Below are positions 12,153 to 25,621 of a DNA stretch of 64,000 bases, in pieces. Source of the DNA: Balanoglossus misakiensis (Eukaryota; Animalia; Hemichordata). The position numbers and the translations under genes were made by a program. The stretch is taken from assembly GCA_040954595.2 (NCBI GenBank), contig CM082595.2, positions 1,263,690 to 1,327,689 of the forward strand, written 5' to 3'. The number at the start of each line of letters is the position of its first letter. The stretch's first letter is position 1. Under the pieces are notes generated by a model. It ran no database searches. It saw only the letters and a list, made by a program, of their open reading frames with translations, and had not been told where the DNA came from.

Positions 12153-14390
12153 ATGTCGAAAACTATCAAAAGATTGCTATTCGGTAAGAAAAAGTACCAA
12201 CGGCTGTATCAAATACAAGGTGACTTGATAGCCGGGGATATCGTTGAATTTAAAGCCAAGAAGCATGTCTGCCTATACATGGAATGTGTTGTGTATATTG
12301 GCGACGGAAAGACTGTCACTTTCTACAAAGGAAAACTCTATAAGGAAACCCTCCGCCAGGCAGGGAGAGGACGAAAAGCCAGAGTTCTTAATGACATCGT
12401 GTCAGAAAAGTACGGACGAGGAGCACTTTCTTACGGAGAGATCGTTGCCAGAGCAACGGAATATCTTGGCGTTGATGAAAAGGAGACAGCTTGTTACTGG
12501 TTGAACTGTGAACACTTCGCCGTATGGTGTCGTCTGGGCGATGGGGTCCGTCTTCTGTCTCCATCAGAAGGTAGACCGTTGCCAATAGTAACGGGTACGC
12601 CTTGTAACACCCCGGATTTATGCCGTCATCATGCTCCGTTAGCGAGGGAAGAAGAATGTCTCATCGACGAAATGGACATTAATATGGATGATGATGCTAT
12701 TAATGCCAAGTTGCTGTCAATGTTAGCGGATCGTAAGTACATTGAACTAATATGTGAATGAGTCATGACATAAACTCGACATGCGTATAAAAATGGCGTG
12801 AAGTTATCATATAGCAACACAGGAATTTTGTTAAGTTATGTCGATCGCGTTTGCAGTGGACAGTGTTCCGTTACTCCAAATAAATTCGTAAAAAAATAAT
12901 GACTCCAATTCGTTTACAACATTCTGTCTTTTTCATATCAGCAAATGTTATCTTTTGTCGTAATCGACCAAAGACACCGAATTTTCGGTCGCCATTCGTG
13001 AGCATGTAAACGAGATATGATAACAATGTGCCAAATTCTTGTCCAATAATAAATTGTGTTCTCATTCCGTCATCTAGTTATTTGAGCTCCAGACTCAAAA
13101 CATAAAAAAGCAGTATATGGAAAAGAATAAATAAATAAATGTTTTTAAATTCAATGTTATTATCCCCCACTTAGTAATGTAATTTCTCATATACATAATT
13201 GTTTTTTTTCCCCAGACGAAGACAACTCGGTAGAGGACTATAGCTTCGACCCTGAAGCCATTCGACCCAGTTTTGAGCAAGAGGAGGATATATCAGACGG
13301 TAACTGACAATGCACATGGATTATACATCTCTCCTCTTAGTACTTTAAATCATACGGTCACGTGTAAGTCACGTGTCCAAACGACATAATATTCCGACGC
13401 GTGGCAAAAAATCATGATTCTTTTGTTTTTGTTTCAGGTCTCGATGAAATTACTAAAGGAATTGAAGAGCTTCAGGTATTATCGTTTTTTCCTATTTTTG
13501 TCAACTTTTCTTTTGTTTTTTTTTAGGATAATGAACAACTTATTTATTTATTTACTTATATATTTATTTATTTATCAACAGGTGTCGTTTACAAAACTCA
13601 ATGTCTACTTCAAAGACTACGAAGCTTTGTTGACTCTGACTGCTGAGATGGATGGAGACGCTATTCAACGAACAGCAAGTATTGGCAGCGGCGCCAGTGG
13701 TGATACAGGCTTGAATATGATGAACAATAATGATCCGGTTCATATGTTTAATCATTCATCACGGAGGGCGTCCCACTCGGATGTGAAACAAGACCCTGGT
13801 ACGTTGAACCATACAGTTCAAAAGGATGTCCACCAAATTGAAGGGAGAATTTCATTTGTGTTAGACCTGTACACCAATCAACTACCCAATTGCTACTTTG
13901 CTTATATAACTCAATGATTTCTTTCTGCTGTCTGTAGAAACCGGAAGTCGGACTGACAGCATCAGCGGAAATGGAATCAAGGTACCAAAAGCGTACTTCC
14001 ACGTCCGGAAGTGGATTCATGATCAGAGAGAAATCTTATCACAGTTGCCAGCTTACAGAGCTAATCCGGAAGCTTATCTGAGAAACCTGAACAAAGTAAG
14101 TCCAGAGTCTACAAAACAAAAGTCGTGATTTCATCAACTTATAAATGTGATTTAGAACACATAAAAAGCAATTAAAACACCAAGTTCCCATGTCCATTCA
14201 GTGTTTATACTGATCATGAATACATTCTGTATCACAGGTAATTACAAATTCACAAAGTCTGTCTCAGCTCAGTCACAAGGACCGTTCACAACGGCCGAGC
14301 CGAACATCATTGAACACAGATTCGGTAATGAGCGATGACGTCACACCACTGGAGAGTATTGCCGATAATGATGTCGACCATGTTGTATAG
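12153..14390 (+). CDS. LRAT/PLAAT (permuted NlpC/P60) domain protein with long C-terminal extension (exons 12153-12732, 13216-13299, 13438-13475, 13582-13798, 13938-14095, 14238-14390)
   Basis: GDIVEF..VYIGDG and NCEHFAVWCR motifs. A consensus GTAAGT donor at 12733 (phase 1) links to five downstream GT-AG exons with compatible phases and no stop until TAG at 14388-14390. The unspliced form would end at 12761. Confidence 0.8.
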
Positions 14391-15512
14391 ATTACCATGG
14401 AGACAAACTAAAATCGTGGAAGATAACATTATGAACTATAATACTGCCTTTTGAAAGTTGAAGCGTTTTGTTGATGTGTCATTTATCCTTTTCCAACCAA
14501 ATAATTGGTTTGTCTAGTTATGGCTGTATATATGATGGAATTATTTCAAATACCGATGAAGACTTCCGAACGAACTGATGACGTCATTGGACAGAAAGGA
14601 ACCTTTTCAAGTTTTACTATTGACTTCTTTTTTTCTCGGGTCTTACTGGAATTATCAAAAATTCTCGTGAACCGGGCAAGTTGGCGGAAACAGTTATTAA
14701 AAGTATTGACAGACGATAGTTGGCATCATCTATGAAGTGGAGATTTGCAGGATAGAAATGTGAATATTCTATCTCTTGTTGACAGTATTCGTCTTGGAAT
14801 GCGTGACGTTTTGATCCATTACATTTAGAGACAAAATAAAGCATTATTATTTAGGAATGTAAGTGAGTTGCTATGTACGAGCGCCCTCTCCTGTTTGCAG
14901 ATAGGATATCTCGTGCAATACTAGTATTCATTATTACAAGGGTACGTGTTGTGTTTCGTGTTTATAGCGAGTGCCAATTTTTTAACATCACAGGATATAC
15001 TTTTTTTGCATTCGTTTAATCTTTGATTACGAATTCTTATTTGTGTATTTTGTAAATATTGAAATATTGTTCTTTCGTTTTTTCACGTTGATCTGCAGAT
15101 GTGATCAATGGTAATATATGTAATGGAATGTTCAGTGACAAGATAAAATATGTAAAAGTCCATTATCTCCAAGAATGATTTGTCCATAGTATGCGGACGT
15201 TTCTGAAGACCGACTTACATAACCCAGATTGCAACCATAATTTCACACTTAGGGGAAAAATAAAACAACATTTATTCAATTTCTCATGAATTATCTCGTT
15301 CAAATCTTGGCAGAGTGTATGTATGCGTGTGTGTATGTATGTACGATTTACTTTGAACATGATGGTGGTCACGTGCGCATTATAAAAGCCCTGAGACAGG
15401 TGCGCACACGAAATGACATTTTTGTCTTGCCTTGGGTGGCCTGGATGGGGTAACTGAGGGCTTAGGGGGTACGAAGAAAACGCCTTACCCTAGGTTGAGG
15501 GCGCTATTCAAG

Positions 15513-16842
15513 ATGGCTGACGACGAGGAGGAAGAAGTGTGGGATAGTTGGGAAGATGCAGTCGACAGCGGTGTAAGTTTGGAATTGTTTCTAGTTCTGG
15601 TGTATGCTTATTTGTATTGTGGTATATGTCAGGAATGTCCGTGTGTTCTGAAAATTTTGTAAACGATCTCGTTCGCTGTGTACGGTGTTTTCAACAACGC
15701 GGCGTACAGTGTACTGTTGTACACTTGTTCAGATGCTCTAGCCATTCATCACGCGAACAACCGGGTCTACGAGTTTCAGACTTTCATTCTTCCGTGTTCT
15801 GTCGAATATTGAAGAAGTCAACCAAACAATGATGCTCCGCGAACAGTGAGACGTATGTGGGTCGTCGCATCACGGTCGCTCCGTGACCTAGCTGTAGTGA
15901 TGCTAACGGGGGTGCTTGCTCTCCTATTGAGTGACGCCTCTAACCCAACGTAGCATGAAGTCACTTAGGCAGTTGACACTTCATAACAGAGAGTGTGTTA
16001 CATTGCAGGCCTTTGATAAAAAGCTTGAAAATGAGGAGAGTCGGACGCATCAAAAGTAAGTTAATCAGTCATTAACTTGAGTATTAAAAGTGTTAGATTT
16101 GAAGGTATCCTATGTATCATGCCCTAATGACTTGAGTGAAGGTTGGGCATTTTAACCAACTGTTTTCACAGTCAGAGTATCACAGATTCAAGATGACCAT
16201 TCTTGCAGGAACACAAACACAGAGACTGCACCAATTATTCTCCAAGAAGACACAACAAGAACAGCATACCAACCACAATTAAAAATCTTGAAGAGGCCAG
16301 GTGCAACTGATGAAAATATTAATAAAGAGAAAACTGCCAGTAGCAAACAGGTGAATACCGTTGAAATGATTATGACAATTTCAAAGATTAGGAATAGTCT
16401 GAGCCAGACAAGATTATTCACATATATTGTTAACTTGTCTTTCATTTCTTTTTCCATTTAGACAACACATAAAACACTCAAGCAGAGAGAGAAGGAATAT
16501 GCGGAGGCCCGACAACGTATATTTGGAGCAGCTGAGACGGAAGAAGAAGAAAAGTAAGCAAGTCTAGTGATAGTTGTGGGAATCCTGGAAAGATGAAATG
16601 ATATACTTCACTAGCACCACATCATCTATGTATACTGGTAGATGACAAAATGTTTTCTATGGTAAATTTGGATCTCTATAGAGGGAACTGGGGGTGGAAG
16701 GATTAAGAATGACAATCATTTTCAAACCGCTGTATTTTTCAGATCACTTCAAGTAGTGTCAAAAGAGGAGACTAAGAATGATGCGATCATCAGGCAGCCA
16801 AAAGGCCCAGATGGAACTTCAGGATTTCATGTGAAAAGATGA
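15513..16842 (+). CDS. SZRD1: SUZ RNA-binding domain-containing protein 1 (about 5 exons: 15513-15572, ~16009-16055, ~16172-16350, ~16461-16553, ~16743-16842)
   Basis: MADDEEEEVWDSWEDA; PIILQEDTTRTAYQPQLKILKRP; SUZ motif KTLKQREKEYAEARQRIFG; SUZ-C motif IIRQPKGPDGTSGF. Confidence 0.9.
16649..16707. repeat. Fragment of a short dispersed piggyBac-like MITE family, in an SZRD1 intron
   Basis: atgttttctatggtaaatttggatctctatagagggaactgggggtggaaggattaa matches 50358-50414. Related pieces at ~59281-59330 and ~60325-60361. Confidence 0.55.
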
Positions 16843-19191
16843 TGCTTATTGGAACGATGAACCATGTGACTTGCTAAGATGACCATGTGACCTGATATTT
16901 GCATGTTATCAAATAATATGAGATATGATGACATTTAGCAAGTGTTTTCTGAATGGACCAGACAGTTGCTGAATGTCTGCTGCAGTCTCTATTGTCTCCC
17001 TGAGAGCAAGACATTGTTATTGTTTGAAAACTGTATTCAAGTCCGGACTAGAATGCATTTGTCAACAATAACAATAGCCGTTACACGCGTACAGACTGTT
17101 GACAAGCGAAGTAATGGCATGCTGTTTGGAGCAGAAGAAGAAATCGCCTTTGAAGCCAAAAGTTACAGCTAATATCCCTTTAGTATTGCAGAGAAAATGG
17201 AAAAAGAGATAAATTTAGCATCCAACTGTAAAGTTGTTGTATTTGTAGGTTGTTTTAGATTTGTAAAGATGAAAGCATTGTCATGTCTTTAGGTTGGAGA
17301 GTTTTAGATTCTCTTTTAATTATTAAAATCCATATTGTATTATAGGAATCACTGTGTTAATAGAAGGTGCCAAGTCATTTTTGCCAATAGTTTTATTATT
17401 GGCAACAGAGTTTAATGAAGTTTATCTAAAATTGCATGTGGTGATTATAACATTTCATTAAATGAAATTCATTATGTCTGAGCTCTGTGCAACTTTTCAA
17501 GAAGAACATTAGAATGAAGAACATTCATCATCTTCTTTAGAAACTTGCTGGTAGTTTATTTCCTCAGAATAGTTTTTGCACAATGTTGAATTTCATATTT
17601 TAGTAAATTTGACTTTAATATATTCACACTTTGACATGTTTCTTGGTGACACTTGATTTCCCCCATAATTTTAAAGAACTAGTAATAGTATGAGGTAAAG
17701 CTAAGCGACAGTATGTCTAGTGTACACAAATAAATATTTATGTTTGCAAATACGAAGTCTACTTCTGCAGTTTCTCTCTGGCACCCCCTGTCAAAGGTCA
17801 TCTTGGGCCAATAATGTCCTCTATCTGTTGTTGACATACTTTAGGGGGAAAACGGGACTGATGTCAATAGTAATCGTTTGTATCACGAACTGCTAATCCT
17901 GGTCTGCTACATGTTCAAACATTGAGCGACTCGTGGCCGCGATACTGAACGACTGCACAGCACGAGGGCGCCCTTACACCAGGTCAGCAACACCTGGTGT
18001 CAAACATGGACCAATCACGAGGCACGTAATGCTTTCCTGCCAGCCAATAATAACGATTGTACCACTGCGATGCTGAGACTGACCACGCGCCACGCATGAT
18101 AGCTGGCTTCTTCAAGCGCCATTTTATTCTTGTCATAATTTTCACGTTTCGCGTGACAACTACATCTTCATCACCCATAAGAACGCGAAGGGGCCCGCCA
18201 TGAAGCGACTGACAAGGATGGCTGGTTGTTCCAGGAAAATTTTCAGCGCTCGATGTCGAAAGAAACTGCAATTTCTTCAGGTTTGCCAACGTCTACTCCA
18301 CCAACCAACACGTGAGTTTACAACACCCTCTGATGTAACTGATAAATATAGCATGATTACGGTTTAATATTTTCCATAACAAGAGTGGCATCTAAAGTAT
18401 ATTCACGATACATTTGTTCCTGTAAAAACCTATGCAGAACACGATTCACGAGACGCCATCTTGTTATAGGGAATAATAAACTGTAATCGTACAGGTGCGC
18501 TGTACCTGTAATATGCAAATAGCTATAAATTGCGCAAACAAACTTAAACGCGCACGCGAAATTGCTGGTAACACTAAATCTTCTGCTATAAGTGACATAC
18601 ATGTAGACGGTTCATAAAGTTAATTTTTGGAGTGGGCACAGACACACATACATACACAGGAGCCTACATGCAAGCACAAAGACATATATCTCACACGCTT
18701 CTATTTACACACATTGACCTAATGGGGGCTCGAGAACGAATGCCATGCTGTGCGGTCGCCTTGTAACTCAAGGGGTTTCCTGGTTTGAATATAGAGTTTG
18801 ACAGGAGATGGTCAGAACAACACAACGCCCTCTTCGTAATGTGCATCACCATGACTACAGCACACACCGATGTATTTCAATACTTTACAACATCATTCAA
18901 TATTTTCCCCGTTTGGGAAATCTGCGATAATGTTATGCGCTTTATGTATAGATCCTATAAATCGTGTTTTTTATTTCAATAATGAACAGCTTAAGAAAAG
19001 TGTTTTACTCTCTGACACATACATCATTGAGCCACATGACGTGATATAATCTGTAGACCCTGTCAACTGGTTGGAAGCCACAAGGGCATGTCTGTCTTCG
19101 GGCAATTTCTGTCTGGTAATCTGTCAGCCGCACGCGGCAAGGGCCAGTCAGTTGGTCGTCCACGCACCAGTTAGCCAGTCACTGAATCCCC

Positions 19192-19554
19192 TTAAGGTAG
19201 TCTGCGCCTCGGGGACACATTTTCAGAAAAAAAATGATAGTTCTCCAAACCTTTCATATCTTTGATATAGTAAAGCGTGCGGGTAGCCTTAAGTTTTTTA
19301 AACCTGGGAAGAAACGTGATGGTCACCATCTTGTTTTCTTTAATACATGTACCTGGATTTGTCTCCATGGAGATTACATAGAGATTGTCGGCCATTTTGA
19401 ATTTCAAACTTAAGACATTTTTTCTTTCATTCAAAAGTTTGTACGGTGACCCCTAGTTTTTATTCTCAATTTTAAGAGAGAGTAATCTAAAGTTGACCTT
19501 AGAAAAATATGAGAAAAATGTTTTAAGACTTTGATTTTCGAGGCTCATGCGACC
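19192..19554. mobile_element. Degenerate non-autonomous TIR element with TTAA at the left end, Kolobok-like
   Basis: Left end ttaaGGTAGTCTGCGCCTCG; right end CGAGGCTCATGCGACC is an imperfect inverted copy; no internal ORF. The right TTAA is not preserved. Confidence 0.5.
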
Positions 19555-22500
19555 AAAACCCGCACCACACTTGTTTGGCTGTGACAGTAACCCGATCCAA
19601 CGCAATTGAAGAGGTCCACTGAACGTAATACGATACACCCCAATGACCCCGTAACTAAATCCATCAAAACATCGTTATCGTATCCAAGTAGATGTCCAAC
19701 AGTGATCAATCACTCCCATCTAATTACTTTAATTCGTTGTTAATTGGTATATCAATAAATAAAATAGTCGACATTTACACAAATTGTCTTCTATCAAAGT
19801 TACCAAGAATTGAAAGGATCCGTGCATAGCTCCATGATCAGTGCCACGTTTTTTGCAAATTAGTGACTTTAGTTTTTTCTCTGTTGAAGTTCATTTACAT
19901 CTTGATTACCTCCAGATTTTTGAGATCCTGTTCGAACGCTGCGGTGTACTTCTTTTAGTATCTTGATTTGGAAGTGGTGGTTAAATTTAGGCAGCAATCT
20001 AAATGATATGATTTCTTCATTTTATCGGAGAAGTTGTGATCTTTATTACAATCAAAACTAACCGTTATCGCGATAAAATTCAATAGCGCATTACTTGATT
20101 TGCGAAATATCTTGCTTATAAAAATGACATTTGTAAAATAGGTACCGTCGATCACGTGACTTTGTCGACGTCCCAATTACTCCATCGCCATAGGCATGTT
20201 TATATACACAGAATACACACTGTAATAGTTGTCGTTTTTGTAGTTTGCAGTTTGCATGATTTCCTAATTTTAACTAAACCTGAATAACGTTTTCAACATT
20301 TTTTCTTAAACTTTGATTTAACCTGAAGACAATGAGGACTCACGTCCACTTGGTCTAAAATTAGGAAGAAAAATTGACAAAAATGGATGAAAAATGTTAA
20401 AATGTCGCCCCACATTTTGACCAAAAAATATGGCGTTCAAAGGATATGTTTAAGTACATAGCATCTGTGTCTCCGTGGTGGAATGGGCGCGATTTCTAGC
20501 GTAATCAGAAGCTGCAATCTGGTGAATGTATTCAGATGTTGAGCACATGTTAAGACATTCATTACTAAAGGCTCTACTACTGAGCTCTCAACACGCTTAC
20601 CCATGGAGGCTGGATTGATGTCGTGTTTTGTATTGGGACCACCTCTGTGAAGCTATACCAGTATCGATGTAATGGTTTCTAACATACCAACCACTACAAC
20701 CTTTTACATCTTAATATCTGTCCGCTCGCCATTTCATAACTTCATTAATGATATGACAATAATAAAATACAAACAGGTCGTTTACCTTGTTTCTAATATG
20801 TAGGCCGCACAGGCTAGTCAAAAGCAAGGCTGCGCTTGACGGTCGATCTGAAAAGCGATTAGCGATTAAATCACCACTTTTATCAGTCTTGATTATAATT
20901 AAAGCACGCTACTGGTCGTCAATCTGGTATATTACACTCAATGTGTCACGTGACATGGTCGTTGTCTGTCAATCGTTGGGAAATACTGGCGCTGCAGTTC
21001 AGCATAGTTCATCCAAATGTATTCTCATGGGTGTATATGATACCTTGACATAAACTTCCAATATACGTCTCATTCAGTCTCGGATCATTCATGCCAGATA
21101 TTTGATTTATTTCATATCTGCGTCCAAGTTGATCATTACATTTTCCCTCTTGGATCCACAGCAGATCAAAGTCTGTGTGTGGTTAATATTTTGGGGAAAT
21201 AAGAATTGATTTTGTTTTAAGAACAATGTGGTTGTGTTTGGGTCACGGTCTGTGAAGAGAGTTGAACAAATAAACTGCGATACACGATATAAACTATAAA
21301 CCAGCGTAGTATTTATAAACCTGGTAATTTCTCCGTCCTCAACATCAACATTTCAAACGCAGCAAGTTCGCATCGTCGTATACCCAACACGAAAATCCTT
21401 TTTACTCAAAGTAGACAACTGTATACAATGTTAGACCTAAAGTTTCTTGGCTGTCCTTGCTCATGTAACACATATTCTCTGTCAGTTGCCAATGTCAGAT
21501 GGAGATGTATGTTGTTCCCTGAGGTAGAAATGATGGTTTGTAGTAATAAAACGACACAGCTGTCTCTAACCCCGAAACTTTTAATTTTCTGACAGTGGTT
21601 TTCTGAATGCAATGAAAACTTGGACTTGATGCCGGGTATCGCATCAACTGCGTAACCAAAAAAGTTAACCAAAGGAATCGAAAACCACCCGACGTCGCCC
21701 AGTTTTGGTCTACCGTTCGCCGAAATCAAATTCCATCCCCTACATTCGATCAGCGGGTTTATCGTTATCCGAAAAATACAGTAGATCGCTTCTCACTGCC
21801 AGTGATTTATCGAACAACCGCGTTTACATCTTTAGTTACACTTTTGCCGGAAATGAGACAGGAACCAGTTAAGCGATGAAAAAAGTTCCACCGCAACTAC
21901 CGGAGCGGAGAGTTTTGGCCGATTTTGGCATGTTCTCCAAACCCAGCGCCATTTGCAGCTGATGGAAACTGTTCATGTTGTTTTTATCAGACGAAGAAGT
22001 CAAATACATGTACTCACAGACACGCACAGCCACAAAACTTACTAACCCTATCTCTGTCTTTGTTTCAGAGCGAAATTGGTCCATCTATTTAAAAGGGGGA
22101 ATAAAAGCGACCGGACACTTGGAGACCACCGACAAACCTTGTCTGCGGATAACACAAGTTCTCGTTGGCAATGGAGCTTACCGAAAGTGTTAATAAGGTA
22201 ACGGATAACCCTACCACTTCTCATAACAAACAATTAATGAAAGTAGAACCATGTACTCACAGCTAAACCAGAGTCATCTAAACATTCCATTAAAACGCTA
22301 TTACAGACTAGTGGCTTGCTAAAGCTCTACTTCAACCATGCTGAAGACTGGCTTGCTAATGTCAAACCTTGTATAAATAATCCTAACAAATAGCCGTGTT
22401 TTATTTACAATTTGGTATATCTGGCAAGCGTTGATGGTTATTGTACTGACTTGCAAGGATTTTATAGAAAAAGTAGAAACTTAAACATCTCTATCAATAT

Positions 22501-24688
22501 AATCAGCTGACAGACTTTTCACAGAAGTGGAAAGAATTTTGAGTGAAATGAGGTGTGCGATCGTGCCGCAGTCAACGGCACGGAAGCCCGCGCGACTGGT
22601 CTGTCTGTGGACTGCAAAATGGTCCCCATATGCGATGAGCGATTCCGTGTGAGAACATCATTATAACTTAGGTATTTTTAAAAGTTGGGGCTATAAAACG
22701 CCATTTTGGTGTTTAGCTTATTCGTTAGCGTTTAATTCCAACCATTCGCTAGAGAGAGATCAGATTATTGCCAGGGTAGATTTTAGCGAAGTTTTTTAGT
22801 TAATCATAAAAGTTTTGGGAAACGAATATTCCCGAGTAACGGAGCAAGAAACACCAGTGTGAACCCATCGTCTTGTGCTTCAACACCGTTAGAAGCAGTA
22901 TTCCTCTGTAAGATCTGCAGAGCGCCCGTCAGTTTATAGAAGGTGGCAATATCTGCATGTCTGTCAAAACTCATCATAGCGGACCACATATCTCCAATTT
23001 TGACAGGTTCAATATCTGGACAAATATGTGAGAATAGTTAAGCAGATGTTTGGAAAACCTCTCTAATATGAGATAAAATTTCAAACCAAAGTTCGATTTC
23101 TTGGGCTTTGTTTATGTTTCGGAGTACACACATTTCTATAAACATAATACGATAGCTAAACCAAACACGGGTCGTTCACGCATCCAGCTTGGAAAAGCAG
23201 TCGTTTAATCATTCCCACATACATGTAGTTCCATATTTCTGAAATCGTTCGATTTTTTCCCAAAATATGAAAAGGAGGGTGTGATATCAGTTCATTGTGA
23301 AATTTCCTTTGAGTGTTGACGTGGGGATGCAGTTATCACTGGGTATAGATGACATATTTATAAAATATCCGCGAGTGTTTATTTGTAAAAATATGTCATC
23401 AAACAAATAGTGGCTCACACATTCTCTGATAACCGCGTCTACACCGAGCTTTTACTCCGCGCTTGTCTTCACTTGGGACGTGTAGAAATTCCAATCGTAT
23501 TTTGTATCAATCGACTCAGTGATTTTACGAAAACCAAATTTATTTGGATTTCAACTTAGCTTATGTGTGTTAGATACAGTATCAACCCGAAGGCTAGAAT
23601 TGTCCTCAAACATCAACACAGTCGTAATGGTGGACATTTTTACCACAGTTGTCTTTTTCTCTCAATACTTCAATCTGACCTTAAGCTTATTCCGTCTCGT
23701 TCTCTTTTTCCCACAAACGGTATCGCTGGAAAATGACATAATTGTCGTTGCTTGCTGAGGCAGTGCATTTGTCAACCTCGCTTCGGATTGTAATGGAATT
23801 TTACGTCTGGTTTGGTAGTTTGAACGATAGGCTAACTTTCAAGATATTTCACTCGTTGAAACCATGGATCGATAGTCCAATGTTTTGTAAAATCCGCAGT
23901 TAACTTGTCACCACGCGATCAGTCAGGAGTGACAATATTTCTCTTGTATATATCACAATAGTTGAACTTCTACAGAGAATAAGTTGAATTCAAACAACCA
24001 TAGTGTATAATATGCTTGGCAAACACTTTATTTCTGAATAAATTCAAACAAACAGAAGATTGTCCAAAACGAGACATTGCAGTGAAAACTAAGATCTTAA
24101 TAATTAACAATTTTAAACGGTAACTAAATGGAGGTTGAGGTTAACGAAGCGAGTTCCATGATTTTCCTAGTTTGGAAAAAAATCACAGCTGAATATATAA
24201 ATGTTCACTTGTCTGATATGTTGCGAATTGATGATAATTGATGACAATAATTGTCTATGCGGCAAGACGGATACTCTTTAATGACAACATGTCATTAAGC
24301 GCGATAAATGTTTTGCATAAATATGAAATTAAGATTTATTTTTGCGTTTAAAGAACTTTCCAATACAAATATGTCAATAACAAGAAACATACACGAAGGT
24401 TCAACACTAAAAGCCAATATCAACGGATGCATTTCAATATTTCCCAACATGTCTACGTACCAAAGCTTTACAAATTGCGGATTTCAACTAAAAACAACTA
24501 AAAAACTTTTACAGCAACAGTTATAACTGGCGTCTATGCTTTTTTCAAGTCTCGTGTCACTGGTTGTCGTTGACCGTGTATCTTCATCGGAGGAAAAGTT
24601 GCATAACTATCTTTAGTTATAAATATATATTTTATAGTTTTACTCTTCCACGGGTAAAACTGGAAAGTAAAAGTTCGTGATGGATCGA

Positions 24689-25621
24689 TCACAAGTGGCT
24701 ACTCACATGTTGTTTGTGATCTGAAGCCCAGTATGCATACGGTAGAGCTGATTCGGTATTGCGGTGGCAAGGGTAACTCAGGCCGCCGTAGCTTGCGTTG
24801 GCCGACGTGGTGGCACTCATCTGGGTCGACATAGGGTTGACTTGGCCCAGATCAACTTGGCTGTAGGTGTTGACCGGTATTTGTAGAGACCCGGTGTTCT
24901 GGTGTAGTTGTGTTGGGTAAGATAATTCAACGGTCTGCGGCAGACGAGACTGGGATGCACTTTGGCAGGAGCTGTAGCCTAACTGGGTTGTTTGCCCGTG
25001 GTGGACAGCTGACCAGTTGTTGTATGTACTTGGAAGGTATTTGTGGGTGAGCGGCGGGTAGCCTCCTCCATAGGCGGCATCTGCAAGCAGTGACTTCTCG
25101 TATGCTTGTGGTGGAGCTCGGTAAGGTCTTGCCTTCATGCGCCGACGCCGACGATAATTCCCCTTTTCAAACATATCTTCACAAGCTGGGTCTAGGGTCC
25201 AGAAATTACCTTTTCTTTCTCCTCCACCTTCGCGAGGAATCTTGATGAAACATTCATTCAGACTTAAGTTATGACGGATGGAGTTCTGCCAGCCTTTTTT
25301 GTTCTTCTCGTAAAAGGGAAACTTGGAGATTATAAAGTCGTAAATTTGACTTAAAGTCAGTCTCTTTTCTACACTTTCACGTATTGCCATGGCAATTAGC
25401 GCAACGTATGAGTAAGGTGGTTTTTGGTGGTTATCACACTTCTTGTCGTCTTTGCTCAGAATATCCACGTTTTCTTCCTTGGTAGAATGTTCAGCCTGTT
25501 GGCCGGTGGGTGAGTTTGCAGTGTCGTTCGCTGTTGTACTGGCTTCGTTTTCTTCTTCCCTGCAGCTGAAATTCTGGCCCGGTTCTTTTTTGATGACGTG
25601 CCGGTTAATTGCATTCTCCAT
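24689..25621 (-). CDS. FOXL2: Forkhead box L2 transcription factor, single exon
   Basis: Forkhead domain [92 protein letters not shown] is diagnostic of FoxL2. First ATG is at 25621. Confidence 0.96.
   Translation of the reverse strand: MENAINRHVIKKEPGQNFSCREEENEASTTANDTANSPTGQQAEHSTKEENVDILSKDDKKCDNHQKPPYSYVALIAMAIRESVEKRLTLSQIYDFIISKFPFYEKNKKGWQNSIRHNLSLNECFIKIPREGGGERKGNFWTLDPACEDMFEKGNYRRRRRMKARPYRAPPQAYEKSLLADAAYGGGYPPLTHKYLPSTYNNWSAVHHGQTTQLGYSSCQSASQSRLPQTVELSYPTQLHQNTGSLQIPVNTYSQVDLGQVNPMSTQMSATTSANASYGGLSYPCHRNTESALPYAYWASDHKQHVSSHL

Noticed and set aside
17984-18289. 101-aa minus-strand ORF
   Set aside because: Non-ATG start and antisense to the cassette whose ATG and donor are conserved on the + strand.
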